DNA of 64,000 bases, taken from an uncultured bacterium. Its GTDB lineage: Bacteria > Bacillota > Clostridia > Christensenellales > HGM11417. Made by a program: the position numbers and the translations under genes. Shown piece after piece: positions 53,956 to 64,000 of this stretch (position 1 is the stretch's first letter; the number at the start of each line of letters is the position of its first letter). Below the pieces are notes generated by a model that did no database searches, had not been told where the DNA came from, and was given only the letters and a program-made list of their open reading frames with translations. The stretch spans positions 17,938 to 81,937 of the forward strand of contig CAJMQN010000007.1 of assembly GCA_905215695.1 (NCBI GenBank), read 5' to 3'.

Positions 53956-54092
53956 ACGCTTTTCCGTATATAATATATATTCCTCCCATGAACCGTAAAC
54001 TGCGGAATCTTCCGGCTGCAACGGCGAAGCGAGGAAACCAAATTCAGACAGTAAAAAACGAGAGTAAATATTTAGGAGGATGAACTTTATCT

Positions 54093-54722
54093 ATGAATAA
54101 AGCAATCATTGGAAGAAAGCTGGGTATGAGTCAGGTCTTTTTGGCTGACGGCACGCTGGTACCCGTAACGGTAGTGGAAGCGGGTCCTTGCAAGGTTACC
54201 CAGGTCAAGACCGTCGAAAACGACGGCTATGAAGCTGTCCAGCTCGGATTTACCGAACTCAAGGACAAGCACGCGACGAAGCCCGAGGCGGGGCACTGCA
54301 AGAAAGCGGGAGTTGCGACGCAGAAATATCTCAAAGAATTCAAGCTCGAAGGCATGACGCTGGGGCAGGAAATCAAGTGCGACGTGTTCGCCGAGGGCGA
54401 CGTTGTCGATGTGACCGGCACCACCAAGGGTCGCGGGTTCTCGGGTGTCATCGTGAGATGGAATCAGCATCGTCTGAGAAAGTCGCACGGTACCGGTCCC
54501 GTTGTCCGCGAAGTCGGTTCGATGGGCCCGATTTCGACGCCCAGCCGCGTTCTTCCCGGAAAGAACCTCCCGGGACACTACGGCTGCGAGCAGGTTACCG
54601 TCCTGAACTTGAAAGTGGTAAAAGTCGATACCGCGAGAAACCTTCTGCTCATCAAGGGAGCGATCCCGGGCGCGAAGGGCAGCATCGTCACCGTCAAGAG
54701 CGCGGTCAAGACGCAAAAGTAA
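54093..54722 (+). CDS. rplC: 50S ribosomal protein L3
   Basis: GRKLGMSQVF...TKGRGFSGVIVRWN and the S10 operon order. Confidence 0.97.
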   Translation: MNKAIIGRKLGMSQVFLADGTLVPVTVVEAGPCKVTQVKTVENDGYEAVQLGFTELKDKHATKPEAGHCKKAGVATQKYLKEFKLEGMTLGQEIKCDVFAEGDVVDVTGTTKGRGFSGVIVRWNQHRLRKSHGTGPVVREVGSMGPISTPSRVLPGKNLPGHYGCEQVTVLNLKVVKVDTARNLLLIKGAIPGAKGSIVTVKSAVKTQK

Positions 54723-54742
54723 AGGTTTTAGGGAGATAAATT

Positions 54743-55363
54743 ATGCCAAGCGTAAAAGTATATAACATCAGCGGCGCCGAAGTCGGAAAAATGGATTTAA
54801 GCGACAGCGTATTCGCCGCGGAGTACAACGAGTCCCTGATCCACCAGGCGGTGGTGACCAACCTCTGCAACATGCGGCAGGGCACGAAGAGCGCATTGAC
54901 CCGCGCGGAAGTCCGCGGGGGCGGGGCGAAACCTTGGAGACAGAAGGGCACAGGCCGTGCGCGGCAGGGCTCCATTCGTTCTCCTCAGTGGAACAAGGGC
55001 GGCGTGGTGTTCGCGCCGAAGCCGAGAGACTTCTCCAAGAAGATGAACCGCACCGCGCGCAGAAACGCCTTAAAGAGCGCGCTGTCCTACAAGGTCAGCA
55101 CGGACGAGTTCATCGTTCTTGACGAGCTCAAGCTCGCGGCGCCCAAGACCAAAGAGATGGCGCAGATTCTGAAGAACTTCAAGCTCGACAAGCAGGTATT
55201 GCTGGTTGCGGGCTACAACGAAGAGATTTTGAGAGCGTCCAACAACATTCCCTTCCTCACCGTGGTGCAGCCCGAGCTGCTGTCCGTGTACGAAGTGGTG
55301 AAGAGCGCGAAGATCGTCTTGACGAAGGACGCGGTCAAAAAGATTGAGGAGGTACACGCATAA
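54743..55363 (+). CDS. rplD: 50S ribosomal protein L4
   Basis: RQGTKSALTRAEVRGGGAKPWRQKGTGRARQGS. Confidence 0.97.
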   Translation: MPSVKVYNISGAEVGKMDLSDSVFAAEYNESLIHQAVVTNLCNMRQGTKSALTRAEVRGGGAKPWRQKGTGRARQGSIRSPQWNKGGVVFAPKPRDFSKKMNRTARRNALKSALSYKVSTDEFIVLDELKLAAPKTKEMAQILKNFKLDKQVLLVAGYNEEILRASNNIPFLTVVQPELLSVYEVVKSAKIVLTKDAVKKIEEVHA

Positions 55364-55656
55364 TGGCTGCGTCGGATATTGTGATCAGACCTCTGCTCTC
55401 CGAGAAGAGCTACAACGGCATCGCGAACAAGAGATATACTTTTGTCGTCGCGAAGACCGCGAACAAGACCCAGATCAAGGACGCAATTGAGTCCATGTTC
55501 GACGGGGTGAAGGTCGAGAAAGTGAACACTGCCAACTATCTTGGCAAGCTCAAGAGAATGGGCAGGAACGAGGGCATGACGTCGTCCTATAAGAAGGCGA
55601 TTGTCATTCTGAAAGAGGACAGCAAGTCCATCGCGCTGTTCGACAGCTTGTCCTAA
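55363..55656 (+). CDS. rplW: 50S ribosomal protein L23
   Basis: IRPLLSEKSY...YTFVVAKTANKTQIKDAIE. Confidence 0.96.
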   Translation: MAASDIVIRPLLSEKSYNGIANKRYTFVVAKTANKTQIKDAIESMFDGVKVEKVNTANYLGKLKRMGRNEGMTSSYKKAIVILKEDSKSIALFDSLS

Positions 55657-55677
55657 AGGGAACAGGAGGAAAGAAAA

Positions 55678-56508
55678 ATGGCTTTGAAGAGATACAAACC
55701 GACTTCGCCGGCGCGCCGCGATATGACCGTTCTGGACTATAAGGCGGAAATCACGCGCACCACTCCCGAGAAGTCCCTTTTGGACACGGTTGAAAAGAGC
55801 GGCGGAAGAAACGCGCAGGGCAAGATTACCGTCCGTCACATCGGCGGCGGCAACCGTCAGAAATACAGGATCATCGATTTCAAGCGCAACAAGGAGAACG
55901 TTCCCGCAAAGGTATTCTCCATCGAATATGACCCGAACCGCACGGCGAACATCGCGCTTCTGCACTACGCGGACGGCGAGAAGAGATACATTCTCGCGCC
56001 TGTGGGTCTGAACGTGGGCGACACGGTTATCGCTGGCGACACGGCGGACATCAAGGTGGGAAACAGCCTGAAGATTCAGTTTATTCCGGTGGGCACGATG
56101 ATTCACAACATCGAGATGAAACCCGGACGCGGCGGACAGATCGCGCGTGCGGCGGGCATTTCGGCGCAGCTCATGGCGAAGGAAGGCAAGTACGCGATCG
56201 TGAGAATGCCCTCGGGCGAGATGAGATATATTCCGGTGGTGTGCCGCGCGACGATCGGTCAGGTCGGAAACGTGGAGCACGAGATCGTAACGGTCGGAAA
56301 GGCGGGCAAGACGAGACACTTCGGCATCCGCCCGACGGTGAGAGGTTCGGTCATGAACCCCTGCGATCACCCGCACGGAGGCGGCGAGGGCAAGAGCCCC
56401 GTCGGACGCGCGGCTCCCGAGACACCTTGGGGAAAGCCGGCTCTCGGATACAAGACGAGAAAGAAGAAGAGCGTCACTTCGAGATTTATCATCAAACGTG
56501 TCAACTGA
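55678..56508 (+). CDS. rplB: 50S ribosomal protein L2
   Basis: [15 protein letters not shown]...[16 protein letters not shown]. Confidence 0.98.
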   Translation: MALKRYKPTSPARRDMTVLDYKAEITRTTPEKSLLDTVEKSGGRNAQGKITVRHIGGGNRQKYRIIDFKRNKENVPAKVFSIEYDPNRTANIALLHYADGEKRYILAPVGLNVGDTVIAGDTADIKVGNSLKIQFIPVGTMIHNIEMKPGRGGQIARAAGISAQLMAKEGKYAIVRMPSGEMRYIPVVCRATIGQVGNVEHEIVTVGKAGKTRHFGIRPTVRGSVMNPCDHPHGGGEGKSPVGRAAPETPWGKPALGYKTRKKKSVTSRFIIKRVN

Positions 56509-56527
56509 TCGGAGGGTATGATTCACT

Positions 56528-56806
56528 ATGAGTAGAAGTGTAAAGAAAGGGCCTTACGTAGAGGCAAGGCTGATGCAGAGAATTCTGAAGATGAACGAGG
56601 CGAACGAGAAGAAGGTTGTCAAGACTTGGTCGAGAGCCTCGACGATCTTCCCTGATATGGTGGGCCACACGATCGCGGTCCACGACGGCCGCAAGCACGT
56701 GCCCGTCTATATCACCGAGGACATGGTCGGATGCAAGCTCGGAGAGTTCGCGCCCACCAGGACGTTCAAGGGACACGCCGGCGAGAAGACGACCGGCAAG
56801 AAATAG
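56528..56806 (+). CDS. rpsS: 30S ribosomal protein S19
   Basis: [11 protein letters not shown]...[23 protein letters not shown]. Confidence 0.98.
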   Translation: MSRSVKKGPYVEARLMQRILKMNEANEKKVVKTWSRASTIFPDMVGHTIAVHDGRKHVPVYITEDMVGCKLGEFAPTRTFKGHAGEKTTGKK

Positions 56807-56820
56807 GAGGCTTTGGTAAA

Positions 56821-57210
56821 ATGGCGAAGAGAATGAAAGAGAAGGCGGAAAAGCGCCTTGCAGAAAAGGATAACCGTCCCAGAGCCGTTGCGAAGTACAT
56901 TCGTATGTCCCCCTTTAAAGTGAGAGAGGTTCTGGACATCATTCGGAACAAGGACTATTACGAGGCGAGCGCAATCCTCGCGAACACGCCGAGAAGCGCG
57001 GCAATCGTGGTCAAGAAGGTCATGGATTCTGCGGCGGCGAACGCGGAGAACAACCTGAGTTTGTCGAAGAGCGACCTGTATGTCGCAGAGACCTATGCGG
57101 ATCAGGGACCGACGCTCAAGCGCATGCAGCCGAGAGCGCAGGGCAGAGCGTTTAAGATTTTGAAGCGTACCACTCACATCACCGTCGTGCTCGATGTGAA
57201 GGCGAAGTAG
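56821..57210 (+). CDS. rplV: 50S ribosomal protein L22 (short basic N-terminal extension)
   Basis: AVAKYIRMSPFKVREVLDIIR...PTLKRMQPRAQGRA. The ATG at 56821 lies after GGAGG. Confidence 0.95.
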   Translation: MAKRMKEKAEKRLAEKDNRPRAVAKYIRMSPFKVREVLDIIRNKDYYEASAILANTPRSAAIVVKKVMDSAAANAENNLSLSKSDLYVAETYADQGPTLKRMQPRAQGRAFKILKRTTHITVVLDVKAK

Positions 57211-57225
57211 GAGGAAGTCAAAGTT

Positions 57226-57891
57226 ATGGGACAGAAAGTAAATCCGCATGGTTTGAGAGTCGGCGTCATCAAGAATTGGGACACGCAGTGGTATGCCGAC
57301 AAGAAGAACTATTCCAAGAACATTCTTGAGGATTATCAGATCCGTACCTTCCTGAAGAAGACCTACTTCTCCTCAGCGATCTCGAAGATCACCATCGAGA
57401 GAGTGGCGCAGAAGATCATCGTCAACATCTTCACCGCGCGCCCGGGCGTTCTGATCGGAAAGAGCGGCGCAGGCGTCGAGCAGATGAAGAAGGAAATCGC
57501 AAAGCTCACGCCTGACAAAGCGGTCGTTCTGAACGTCAAGGAAGTCAGAAAGCCGGACGCGGACGCGCAGCTTGTCGCGGAGAGCATCGCGGCAGCGCTC
57601 GAAAAGCGTATTTCCTTCCGCCGTGCGATGAAACAGGCAATGGGCAAGGCGATGCGCTCGGGCGTCAAGGGTGTCAAGGTCATGGTCGCCGGACGCTTGG
57701 ACGGCGCTGAAATCGCGCGGAGCGAGCACTACAGCGAGGGATCGATTCCGTTGCAGACCCTGCGCGCCGACATCGATTACGGACTTGCCGAAGCGCACAC
57801 GACATACGGCGTTCTGGGCATCAAGTGCTGGATCTATCACGGCGAAGTGCTGGGCAGGAAGAATCTCGCAAGAGAAGGAGGCAACGCTTAA
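57226..57891 (+). CDS. rpsC: 30S ribosomal protein S3
   Basis: [13 protein letters not shown]...[12 protein letters not shown]. Confidence 0.98.
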   Translation: MGQKVNPHGLRVGVIKNWDTQWYADKKNYSKNILEDYQIRTFLKKTYFSSAISKITIERVAQKIIVNIFTARPGVLIGKSGAGVEQMKKEIAKLTPDKAVVLNVKEVRKPDADAQLVAESIAAALEKRISFRRAMKQAMGKAMRSGVKGVKVMVAGRLDGAEIARSEHYSEGSIPLQTLRADIDYGLAEAHTTYGVLGIKCWIYHGEVLGRKNLAREGGNA

Positions 57892-57893
57892 CC

Positions 57894-58334
57894 ATGTTAA
57901 TGCCGAAGAGAGTCAAGAGAAGAAAGGTGCAGCGCGGCGTCATGAAGGGCACGGCGCACCGTGGAAATAAGATTGCATACGGCGATTACGCGCTGGTCTC
58001 GTTGGAGAGCGCGTGGGTCAACTCGAATCAGATCGAGGCAGCCCGTATCGCGATGACGCGTTATATCAAGCGCGGCGGCAAAGTTTGGGTGGACATTTTC
58101 CCGCACAAGCCGATCACCGCAAAGCCCGCCGAGACCCGCATGGGTTCGGGAAAGGGCGCGCCCGAGTATTGGGCGGCGGTAGTCAAGCCGGGCAGAGTGC
58201 TGTTTGAAATGGCGGGGATTTCGGAGGAAGTCGCGCGCGAGGCGTTGAGATTGGCGAGCTATAAGCTGCCCGTCAAGACGAAGTTCGTCAAGCGCGAAAT
58301 CGAGGCTGCCGCCGAGTCCGTAACGAAGGAATAG
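57894..58334 (+). CDS. rplP: 50S ribosomal protein L16
   Basis: [15 protein letters not shown]...[14 protein letters not shown]. Confidence 0.97.
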   Translation: MLMPKRVKRRKVQRGVMKGTAHRGNKIAYGDYALVSLESAWVNSNQIEAARIAMTRYIKRGGKVWVDIFPHKPITAKPAETRMGSGKGAPEYWAAVVKPGRVLFEMAGISEEVAREALRLASYKLPVKTKFVKREIEAAAESVTKE

Positions 58335-58348
58335 GAAGGTGAGCGAAG

Positions 58349-58561
58349 ATGAAAGCGAAACAGATTCACGAAATGTCGAATGCCGAATTGCAGGCAAAGC
58401 TTGCCGAGCTGAAGAGCGATTTGTTCAACCTTCGTTTCCGTCTGGCGACGGGACAGCTCGAGAACCCGATGCAGGTATCCGCCTGCAAGAAGGACATCGC
58501 GAGGGTCATGACGGTGATTCGCGAGAGAGAGCTGAACATAGTGAGAAAGGCGAAGGCGTAA
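58349..58561 (+). CDS. rpmC: 50S ribosomal protein L29
   Basis: [27 protein letters not shown]. Confidence 0.96.
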   Translation: MKAKQIHEMSNAELQAKLAELKSDLFNLRFRLATGQLENPMQVSACKKDIARVMTVIRERELNIVRKAKA

Positions 58562-58572
58562 GGAGATAGGAT

Positions 58573-58842
58573 ATGGAAAATCAGAATATCGAGAGAAATC
58601 TCAGAAAAAGCCGGACCGGCCTCGTTGTCAGCGATAAGATGGATAAGACGGTCGTGGTACTGATCGAGACGAAGGTAAAGCACCCGATTTACAAGAAGAC
58701 GGTCACGAAATCCAACCGTTTCAAGGCGCACGACGAAAAGAATGAATGCAAGGTGGGCGACAAGGTTCTCATCGAAGAGACCCGTAAGCTTTCCCGCGAC
58801 AAGTATTGGAGAGTCGTGGAAATTATCGAGAGAGCGAAGTAA
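58573..58842 (+). CDS. rpsQ: 30S ribosomal protein S17
   Basis: [29 protein letters not shown]. Confidence 0.96.
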   Translation: MENQNIERNLRKSRTGLVVSDKMDKTVVVLIETKVKHPIYKKTVTKSNRFKAHDEKNECKVGDKVLIEETRKLSRDKYWRVVEIIERAK

Positions 58843-58877
58843 GCGCTCTTCCAATTACGTAAGGAGATTACACGATT

Positions 58878-59246
58878 ATGATACAACCACAGACGAGATT
58901 GAAAGTTGCCGATAACACCGGCGCGAAAGAGATCATGTGTATCAGAGTGCTTGGCGGTTCATTCAGAAGGTACGGGAACATCGGCGACGTGATCGTCGCC
59001 AGCGTCAAGACGGCGACGCCCGGAGGCGTTGTCAAGAAGGGAGACGTCGTAAAGGCGGTCATCGTGCGTTCGCACAAGGGCATATCGCGTCCGGACGGTT
59101 CGCACATCAAGTTTGACGACAATGCCGCCGTGATCATCGACAATCAGAAACAGCCGCGGGGCACGCGTATCTTTGGGCCAGTGGCGAGAGAACTGCGGGA
59201 GAAGGACTACATGAAGATCATCTCCCTTGCACCCGAAGTACTGTAA
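58878..59246 (+). CDS. rplN: 50S ribosomal protein L14
   Basis: [28 protein letters not shown]. Confidence 0.98.
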   Translation: MIQPQTRLKVADNTGAKEIMCIRVLGGSFRRYGNIGDVIVASVKTATPGGVVKKGDVVKAVIVRSHKGISRPDGSHIKFDDNAAVIIDNQKQPRGTRIFGPVARELREKDYMKIISLAPEVL

Positions 59247-59261
59247 AGGAGGCTCGGATTT

Positions 59262-59723
59262 ATGAATTCGTTGAAAGTAAAGAGGGGCGACCAGGTCGTC
59301 GTCATCGCCTCCGCAGACAAGGGCAAGAAGGGCAAAGTCATCACGACGGACGCCGAGAACAACAAAGTGCTGGTCGAGGGAGTCAACCTCCAAAAGCATC
59401 ACAAGAAGCCGCGCTCCGCAAAGGAGACGGGCGGCATCGTCTCGAAGGAAGGTTTCATCGACGTATCCAACGTCATGGTCGTCTGCCCCAAGTGCGGCAA
59501 GGCGGTCCGCGTGAAGTATTCGATCGACGCGAACGGCAAGAAAGTGCGTGTGTGCGGGGATTCTTCCTGCGGCGCGGTGCTTGACAAGGCGGTAAAGCGC
59601 GCGAAGAAGGCGGACAAGACCGCGGAGGAAAAGCCGGTCAAGAAGGCGGCGAAGAAGTCCGCGGATCCCGACAAGAAGCCCGCCAAGAAAGCCGCGAAGA
59701 AGCCTGCGGCAAAAGCGGAATAG
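59262..59723 (+). CDS. rplX: 50S ribosomal protein L24 with a Cys4 insert and a 45-aa Lys/Ala-rich C-terminal tail
   Basis: L24 core [21 protein letters not shown]...[13 protein letters not shown]. It then has [30 protein letters not shown] and the tail [44 protein letters not shown]. 153 aa, compared with about 100-105 aa usually. Confidence 0.93.
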   Translation: MNSLKVKRGDQVVVIASADKGKKGKVITTDAENNKVLVEGVNLQKHHKKPRSAKETGGIVSKEGFIDVSNVMVVCPKCGKAVRVKYSIDANGKKVRVCGDSSCGAVLDKAVKRAKKADKTAEEKPVKKAAKKSADPDKKPAKKAAKKPAAKAE

Positions 59724-59742
59724 GCATTGGAGGTAGAATACA

Positions 59743-60333
59743 GTGGCTGAAAAGAATCAGGTCGCTAAGGCAACTGCGACCGACGCAAGAGAAATCAGGC
59801 TAAAAGACCGCTACAGAGCGGAGATTATTCCCGCTCTCGTCAAGCAGTTTCAATACAAGAACATCAACGAAGTCCCGAAGATGGAGAAGATCGTCATCAA
59901 CATGGGTCTCGGGAGCGACAAGGACAACGCGAAGTCGGTGCAGAATGCGGTCGAAGAACTCAAGACGATCAGCGGACAGAAGCCCGTCCTGACCCGTGCG
60001 AAGAAGTCGGTTGCGAACTTCAAAGTGCGCGAAGGCATGAACGTGGGCACGAAGGTGACCCTTCGCGGCGACCGCATGTACGACTTTTTCGACAAATTCG
60101 TATCCATCGCGCTTCCCCGCGTCCGCGACTTCCGCGGCGTTCCGTCGAAGAGCTTTGACGGACGGGGCAACTACTGCATGGGCGTCAAGGAACAGCTGAT
60201 TTTCCCCGAAATCACCTACGATCAGGTGGAGAAGATTCGGGGTATGGACGTATGTTTCGTCACAACCGCAAAGACGGACGAAGAGGCTTTCGAGCTGTTG
60301 AAGCTACTCGGCATGCCCTTCAAGGCAAATTAA
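59743..60333 (+). CDS. rplE: 50S ribosomal protein L5
   Basis: [41 protein letters not shown] start lies 9 nt after GGAGG. Confidence 0.95.
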   Translation: MAEKNQVAKATATDAREIRLKDRYRAEIIPALVKQFQYKNINEVPKMEKIVINMGLGSDKDNAKSVQNAVEELKTISGQKPVLTRAKKSVANFKVREGMNVGTKVTLRGDRMYDFFDKFVSIALPRVRDFRGVPSKSFDGRGNYCMGVKEQLIFPEITYDQVEKIRGMDVCFVTTAKTDEEAFELLKLLGMPFKAN

Positions 60334-60351
60334 GGCAGGAGGTAAGGAATT

Positions 60352-60537
60352 ATGGCAAAGAAATCTATGATCAACAAACAGCAGAGAGCGCCGAAGTTTT
60401 CCACCCGCGCCTACACGAGATGCAGCATTTGCGGCAGACCCCACGCTGTTTTGAAAAAATACGGTATCTGCAGAATCTGTTTCAGAAATCTGGCGTACAA
60501 AGGTCAGCTGCCCGGCGTCAAGAAGTCGAGCTGGTAA
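60352..60537 (+). CDS. rpsN: 30S ribosomal protein S14 type Z (zinc form)
   Basis: 61 aa with [22 protein letters not shown]. Confidence 0.97.
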   Translation: MAKKSMINKQQRAPKFSTRAYTRCSICGRPHAVLKKYGICRICFRNLAYKGQLPGVKKSSW

Positions 60538-60552
60538 GAGGAGGATAAAATC

Positions 60553-60951
60553 ATGGTAGTAACAGATCCTATCGCAGATATGCTCACGAGAATCCGGAAC
60601 GCCATCGTCTCGAAGAAGGAGACTGTGGATGTTCCCGCGTCGAATATGAAGAAGTCCATCGCGGAAATTCTGAAAAACGAGGGCTTCATCGCCGGCTACG
60701 AAGTCAAGGACGACACGGTGCAGGGCACGATCTGCATCACGCTCAAGTACGGAGCGAAGAAAGAGACGGTCATTTCCGGTCTGAAGAGAATCAGCAAACC
60801 CGGTCTGCGCGTATATGCGTCGGCGGAGGAATTGCCGAAGGTTCTCGGGGGACTCGGCGTTGCGATCATCTCGACGAACAAGGGCGTCATGACGGACAAG
60901 CAGGCCCGTTCGGCCAACGTCGGCGGCGAAGTGCTCGCCTACATTTGGTAA
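60553..60951 (+). CDS. rpsH: 30S ribosomal protein S8
   Basis: [14 protein letters not shown]...GGEVLAYIW. Confidence 0.98.
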   Translation: MVVTDPIADMLTRIRNAIVSKKETVDVPASNMKKSIAEILKNEGFIAGYEVKDDTVQGTICITLKYGAKKETVISGLKRISKPGLRVYASAEELPKVLGGLGVAIISTNKGVMTDKQARSANVGGEVLAYIW

Positions 60952-60969
60952 GGACGGAGGGTAGAAATT

Positions 60970-61512
60970 ATGTCAAGAATCGGAAATCATCCCATTGCGG
61001 TGCCGGCGAACGTGACGGTCAGCTATGACGACAAGTTCGTGACGGTAAAGGGTCCGCTCGGACAGCTTGTGCAGGACTACGACAGCAAGGCGGTCGTGCT
61101 CTCTCAGGAGAACGGACACGTCATCGTCAAGCGTACCTCCGAGGACAAGGCGGTCAAGGCGAAGCACGGACTGTACCGCGCGCTGATTGCGAACATGATC
61201 GAGGGCGTGACGAAGGGCTTTGAAAAGGGTCTGATCGTCAACGGCGTCGGTTACAAGGTCGTAAAGGCAGGAAACAAGATCACTCTTTCCATCGGATTTT
61301 CGCACACAGTGGACTTCGAGGCGCCCGCAGGGGTCACCCTCGACTGCCCGACGCAGACCGAGATTACCGTCAAGGGAATCGACAAGGTCGCGGTGGGACA
61401 GACCGCAGCGAACATCCGCGCCATCAAGAAGCCCGAGCCCTACCACATCTACGGAATCCGTTACAAGGACGAAGTGATTCAGAAGAAGGAAGGCAAGACG
61501 GCCGGTAAATAA
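60970..61512 (+). CDS. rplF: 50S ribosomal protein L6
   Basis: MSRIGNHPIAVPANVTV...GVGYKV. Confidence 0.97.
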   Translation: MSRIGNHPIAVPANVTVSYDDKFVTVKGPLGQLVQDYDSKAVVLSQENGHVIVKRTSEDKAVKAKHGLYRALIANMIEGVTKGFEKGLIVNGVGYKVVKAGNKITLSIGFSHTVDFEAPAGVTLDCPTQTEITVKGIDKVAVGQTAANIRAIKKPEPYHIYGIRYKDEVIQKKEGKTAGK

Positions 61513-61522
61513 GGAGTGAATT

Positions 61523-61891
61523 ATGATTAGTAAGATCGATAAGAATCAGGACAGGAAAAAGCGTCATAACCGCGTCCGGGCGAAGATCAGCGGAACTCCC
61601 GAAATGCCCAGAATGAACGTCTATCGTTCCTTAAACAACATCTACGTCCAGATCATCGACGACGTAGCCGGGGATACCCTTGTGAGCTGCTCGACTCTTG
61701 AGAAAGAGATCGCTGCGCAAATCAAGGATAAGACCAAGAAAGAGGCGTCGCGCGTGGTCGGAGAGGCTGTCGCGAAGAAGGCTTTGGCGAAGGGAATCGA
61801 GAAGGTCGTGTTCGACAGAGGGGGATACCTCTACACGGGACGCGTGCAGGAAGTTGCGGAAGGCGCGAGAGCTGCCGGACTCAAGTTCTAA
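61523..61891 (+). CDS. rplR: 50S ribosomal protein L18
   Basis: [37 protein letters not shown]...[20 protein letters not shown]. Confidence 0.97.
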   Translation: MISKIDKNQDRKKRHNRVRAKISGTPEMPRMNVYRSLNNIYVQIIDDVAGDTLVSCSTLEKEIAAQIKDKTKKEASRVVGEAVAKKALAKGIEKVVFDRGGYLYTGRVQEVAEGARAAGLKF

Positions 61892-61906
61892 CAGGAGGAA
61901 TGAGAT

Positions 61907-62425
61907 ATGGCAAGAGACAACAGATCCGCAAGACGTGAAGAAGAGAACGACGGATTCATCAAAAAGCTAGTGGCGATCAACCGCGTCACCAAGGTCGTAA
62001 AGGGCGGCCGTCATATGCGTTTCTCGGCTCTGGTCGTCGTAGGCGACGGCATGGGCAAAGTGGGAATGGGCACCGGCAAGGCTGGCGAAGTTCCCGAGGC
62101 GATCGAGAAAGCGACCGCGGACGCGAAACGCAACATGATCGAGGTGAAATTGGTGGGGACGACGGTCCCGCACGAGACGATCGGCAGATTCGGAAGGGGC
62201 AGCGTACTGATGCTCCCCGCCGAAGAAGGTACGGGCGTTATCGCGGGCGGTCCGGTGCGTGCGGTCATGGAGGCTGCGGGAATCAAGAATATCCGCACCA
62301 AGTCCCACGGCACGAGCAACCCCTACAACTGTATTCGCGCGACCATCGCCGGACTCGAATCGATGAAGACGATCGAAGATTTCGCGAAACTCCGCGGCAA
62401 GACTGTGGAAGAGATCTTAGGTTAG
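61907..62425 (+). CDS. rpsE: 30S ribosomal protein S5
   Basis: [26 protein letters not shown]...[13 protein letters not shown]. Confidence 0.98.
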   Translation: MARDNRSARREEENDGFIKKLVAINRVTKVVKGGRHMRFSALVVVGDGMGKVGMGTGKAGEVPEAIEKATADAKRNMIEVKLVGTTVPHETIGRFGRGSVLMLPAEEGTGVIAGGPVRAVMEAAGIKNIRTKSHGTSNPYNCIRATIAGLESMKTIEDFAKLRGKTVEEILG

Positions 62426-62438
62426 GAGGCTTTGAAAA

Positions 62439-62927
62439 ATGTCTGAAGAAGTGAAAGTGACCGAAACGGAAGAGAAGCCTGCCAAGAAGACCGCCGCGGC
62501 GAAGAAACCCGCAGCCCCGAAGGCTGCTGCGGAAAAGAAACCCGCTGCGAAGAAGGCGGTAGCTCCCAAGGCTGCGGCAAAGGCGGACGCTCCCGCGGAG
62601 AAGAAACCCGCTGCGAAGAAAGTAGCCGCTGCCGAAAAGCCGGCTGCGGAGAAGGTCGTCGCAAAGAAGGCAGTCGCTGAAAAGCCCGCTGCCGAAAAGG
62701 CTCCCGCTCCTGCGGAGAAGAAAGCCGAAGTCAAGAAGCCCGAGCCCGCGAAGAAAATCCGCGTGACGCTCGTCCGCAGCACGATCGGCTGTCTGAAGGT
62801 TCAGAAGGCGACGGTAGCGGCGCTGGGACTGCGGAAGATTCGTCAGTCCAAAGAACTCCCCGACAACGCTGCGATCCGCGGAATGATTTTCAAGGTCAAG
62901 CACCTTGTTTCCGTGGAAGAGATTTAA
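62439..62927 (+). CDS. rpmD: 50S ribosomal protein L30 with an N-terminal Ala/Lys/Pro-rich extension of about 100 aa
   Basis: The C-terminal 58 aa ([56 protein letters not shown]) are a normal L30. They are preceded by [38 protein letters not shown]... with no internal start codon. A strong RBS (AGGAGG) precedes 62439. Confidence 0.9.
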   Translation: MSEEVKVTETEEKPAKKTAAAKKPAAPKAAAEKKPAAKKAVAPKAAAKADAPAEKKPAAKKVAAAEKPAAEKVVAKKAVAEKPAAEKAPAPAEKKAEVKKPEPAKKIRVTLVRSTIGCLKVQKATVAALGLRKIRQSKELPDNAAIRGMIFKVKHLVSVEEI

Positions 62928-62945
62928 GGTTTGGAGGCAAGAGAT

Positions 62946-63392
62946 ATGAAATTACACACTTTGGCTCCCGCCCCGAATTCCCGCACCGACGCGAAGCGTC
63001 TGGGCAGGGGAATCGGCAGCGGACTCGGCAAGACGAGCGGCAAGGGACACAAGGGCCAGTGGGCGAGATCGGGCGGCGGCGTCCGTCCCGGATTCGAGGG
63101 CGGCCAGATGCCTCTCGCGAGACGTCTCCCCAAGCGCGGCTTCAACAACAAGTGGAAGAAAGAATACCTGATCGTCAATGTGGGCGATCTCAACAAATTT
63201 GACAACGACACGGTAGTGAATGCGGAACTGCTCATCAACTCCGGCTTGGTCAGCTATGACGCCGACAACCGCGGACTCAAAGTCCTCGGCAACGGCAAAC
63301 TCGAGAAGAAACTGACAATTCAGGCGACGAAGTTTTCTGATTCCGCGAAGGAAGCAATCGAAAAGGCTGGCGGAAAAGTCGAGGTGGTATAA
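62946..63392 (+). CDS. rplO: 50S ribosomal protein L15
   Basis: [38 protein letters not shown]. The ATG at 62946 lies 8 nt after GGAGG; the ORF-track TTG at 62931 is unlikely. Confidence 0.96.
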   Translation: MKLHTLAPAPNSRTDAKRLGRGIGSGLGKTSGKGHKGQWARSGGGVRPGFEGGQMPLARRLPKRGFNNKWKKEYLIVNVGDLNKFDNDTVVNAELLINSGLVSYDADNRGLKVLGNGKLEKKLTIQATKFSDSAKEAIEKAGGKVEVV

Positions 63393-64000
63393 TGTTTGAG
63401 ACATTGAAGAACGCCTGGAAAGTAAAAGACATCCGCATCAAGATCATCATCACGATCCTCCTTCTCTTGGTCTATCGGATCGGATGCTATATTCCCGTCC
63501 CGGGCGTCGATTTCGCGCAAATCAACACGGTATTCGGCGGCACGGGTGCGGACTTCCAAACGATCATGAACGCATTGACGGGCGGCGCGCTCGCAAACGG
63601 CGCGCTGTTCGCGATGGGCATCGGACCCTACATCAACGCGTCCATCATCATGCAGCTTCTGACGGTCGGAATCCCGCGGCTGGAGAGACTCTCCAAGCAG
63701 GGCGAGGACGGCAGAAAGAAGATTGCGCAGTACACGAGATACGTGACCATCGTCCTTGCGATTATTCAGGCGGTGGGAATCATCTTCAGTCTGGGCAAGG
63801 TCAACGGGAGCAGCGGCGTCATCGATCCGACCCTTTTCTTCAACGGCAAAGCTCAATGGCTCGCATATACGATTATCATTGTCATCTTCACGGCGGGCAG
63901 CGCGCTGACCATGTGGCTTGGAGAGCGGATCACCGAGAAGGGAATCGGAAACGGCATCTCGCTTCTGATCTTCGTGGGCATTCTCTCCACCGCGGCGAAC
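63392..64000 (+). CDS. secY: Preprotein translocase SecY (N-terminal part; runs off the window)
   Basis: [40 protein letters not shown]...FAMGIGPYINASIIMQLL. The ATG overlaps the rplO stop. The frame is open to the window end. Confidence 0.95.
   Translation, partial: MFETLKNAWKVKDIRIKIIITILLLLVYRIGCYIPVPGVDFAQINTVFGGTGADFQTIMNALTGGALANGALFAMGIGPYINASIIMQLLTVGIPRLERLSKQGEDGRKKIAQYTRYVTIVLAIIQAVGIIFSLGKVNGSSGVIDPTLFFNGKAQWLAYTIIIVIFTAGSALTMWLGERITEKGIGNGISLLIFVGILSTAAN

Noticed and set aside
55213-56526. 437-aa minus-strand ORF across rplD, rplW and rplB
   Set aside because: It overlaps unmistakable ribosomal protein genes on the plus strand and is a shadow ORF.
62439-62760. Treating the AKP-rich repeat DNA in rpmD as a non-coding tandem repeat or VNTR
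   Set aside because: It is in frame with, and contiguous to, a canonical L30 domain and is preceded by a strong RBS. It is better explained as a coding low-complexity extension, which I report as a finding.
1-64000. Search for CRISPR arrays, rRNA genes, IS elements/transposases, and toxin-antitoxin or restriction-type defence genes
   Set aside because: I saw no regularly spaced direct repeats, no rRNA-like sequence, no transposase or integrase motifs, and no nuclease or helicase-type defence genes anywhere in the window.

Overview
This looks like an origin-proximal chromosomal segment of a GC-rich, spore-forming Firmicute, judged Clostridia-like from spoIIE, the tilS-hpt synteny and the S10/spc operon order. 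Coding density is high, and the high GC content produces many long antisense shadow ORFs, which I rejected. Left to right: (1) The 3' end of dnaA, then an LRR lipoprotein and dnaN on the opposite strand. A DnaA-box cluster (candidate oriC) lies upstream of the inverted dnaN. (2) Housekeeping genes: a LysR regulator, a PNPOx-like protein, a phosphohexomutase, a CaCA exchanger, spoIIE, an Ltp-type lipoprotein, tilS, hpt, a lipid kinase, cca, vanW and tRNA-Val(GAC). (3) Two adjacent AraC-controlled CUT1-type sugar ABC loci (16.2-41.3 kb). They encode uncharacterised secreted lipoproteins and four large signal-peptide proteins, and those four share an unusual C-terminal tripartite tail: G-C-G-(K/G), a hydrophobic helix, then basic residues. 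Locus 1 is bracketed by an imperfect duplication of the tRNA-Val 3' end plus its downstream hairpin/terminator. (4) A frameshifted MATE transporter. (5) A roughly 10-kb siphovirus-like, tail-only module (42.9-53.3 kb). It has its own regulators, a G/GT -1 frameshift chaperone, a tape measure, tip proteins, an AT-rich accessory segment with two opposite-strand lipoprotein genes, a fibre-like protein with its chaperone, and a holin. It has no head, packaging, integration or replication genes, so it is a candidate F-type tailocin. (6) The S10-spc ribosomal protein operon from rpsJ to the start of secY, in which L24 and L30 carry unusual Ala/Lys/Pro-rich extensions. All functional calls come from reading the translations for motifs; no database search was possible.
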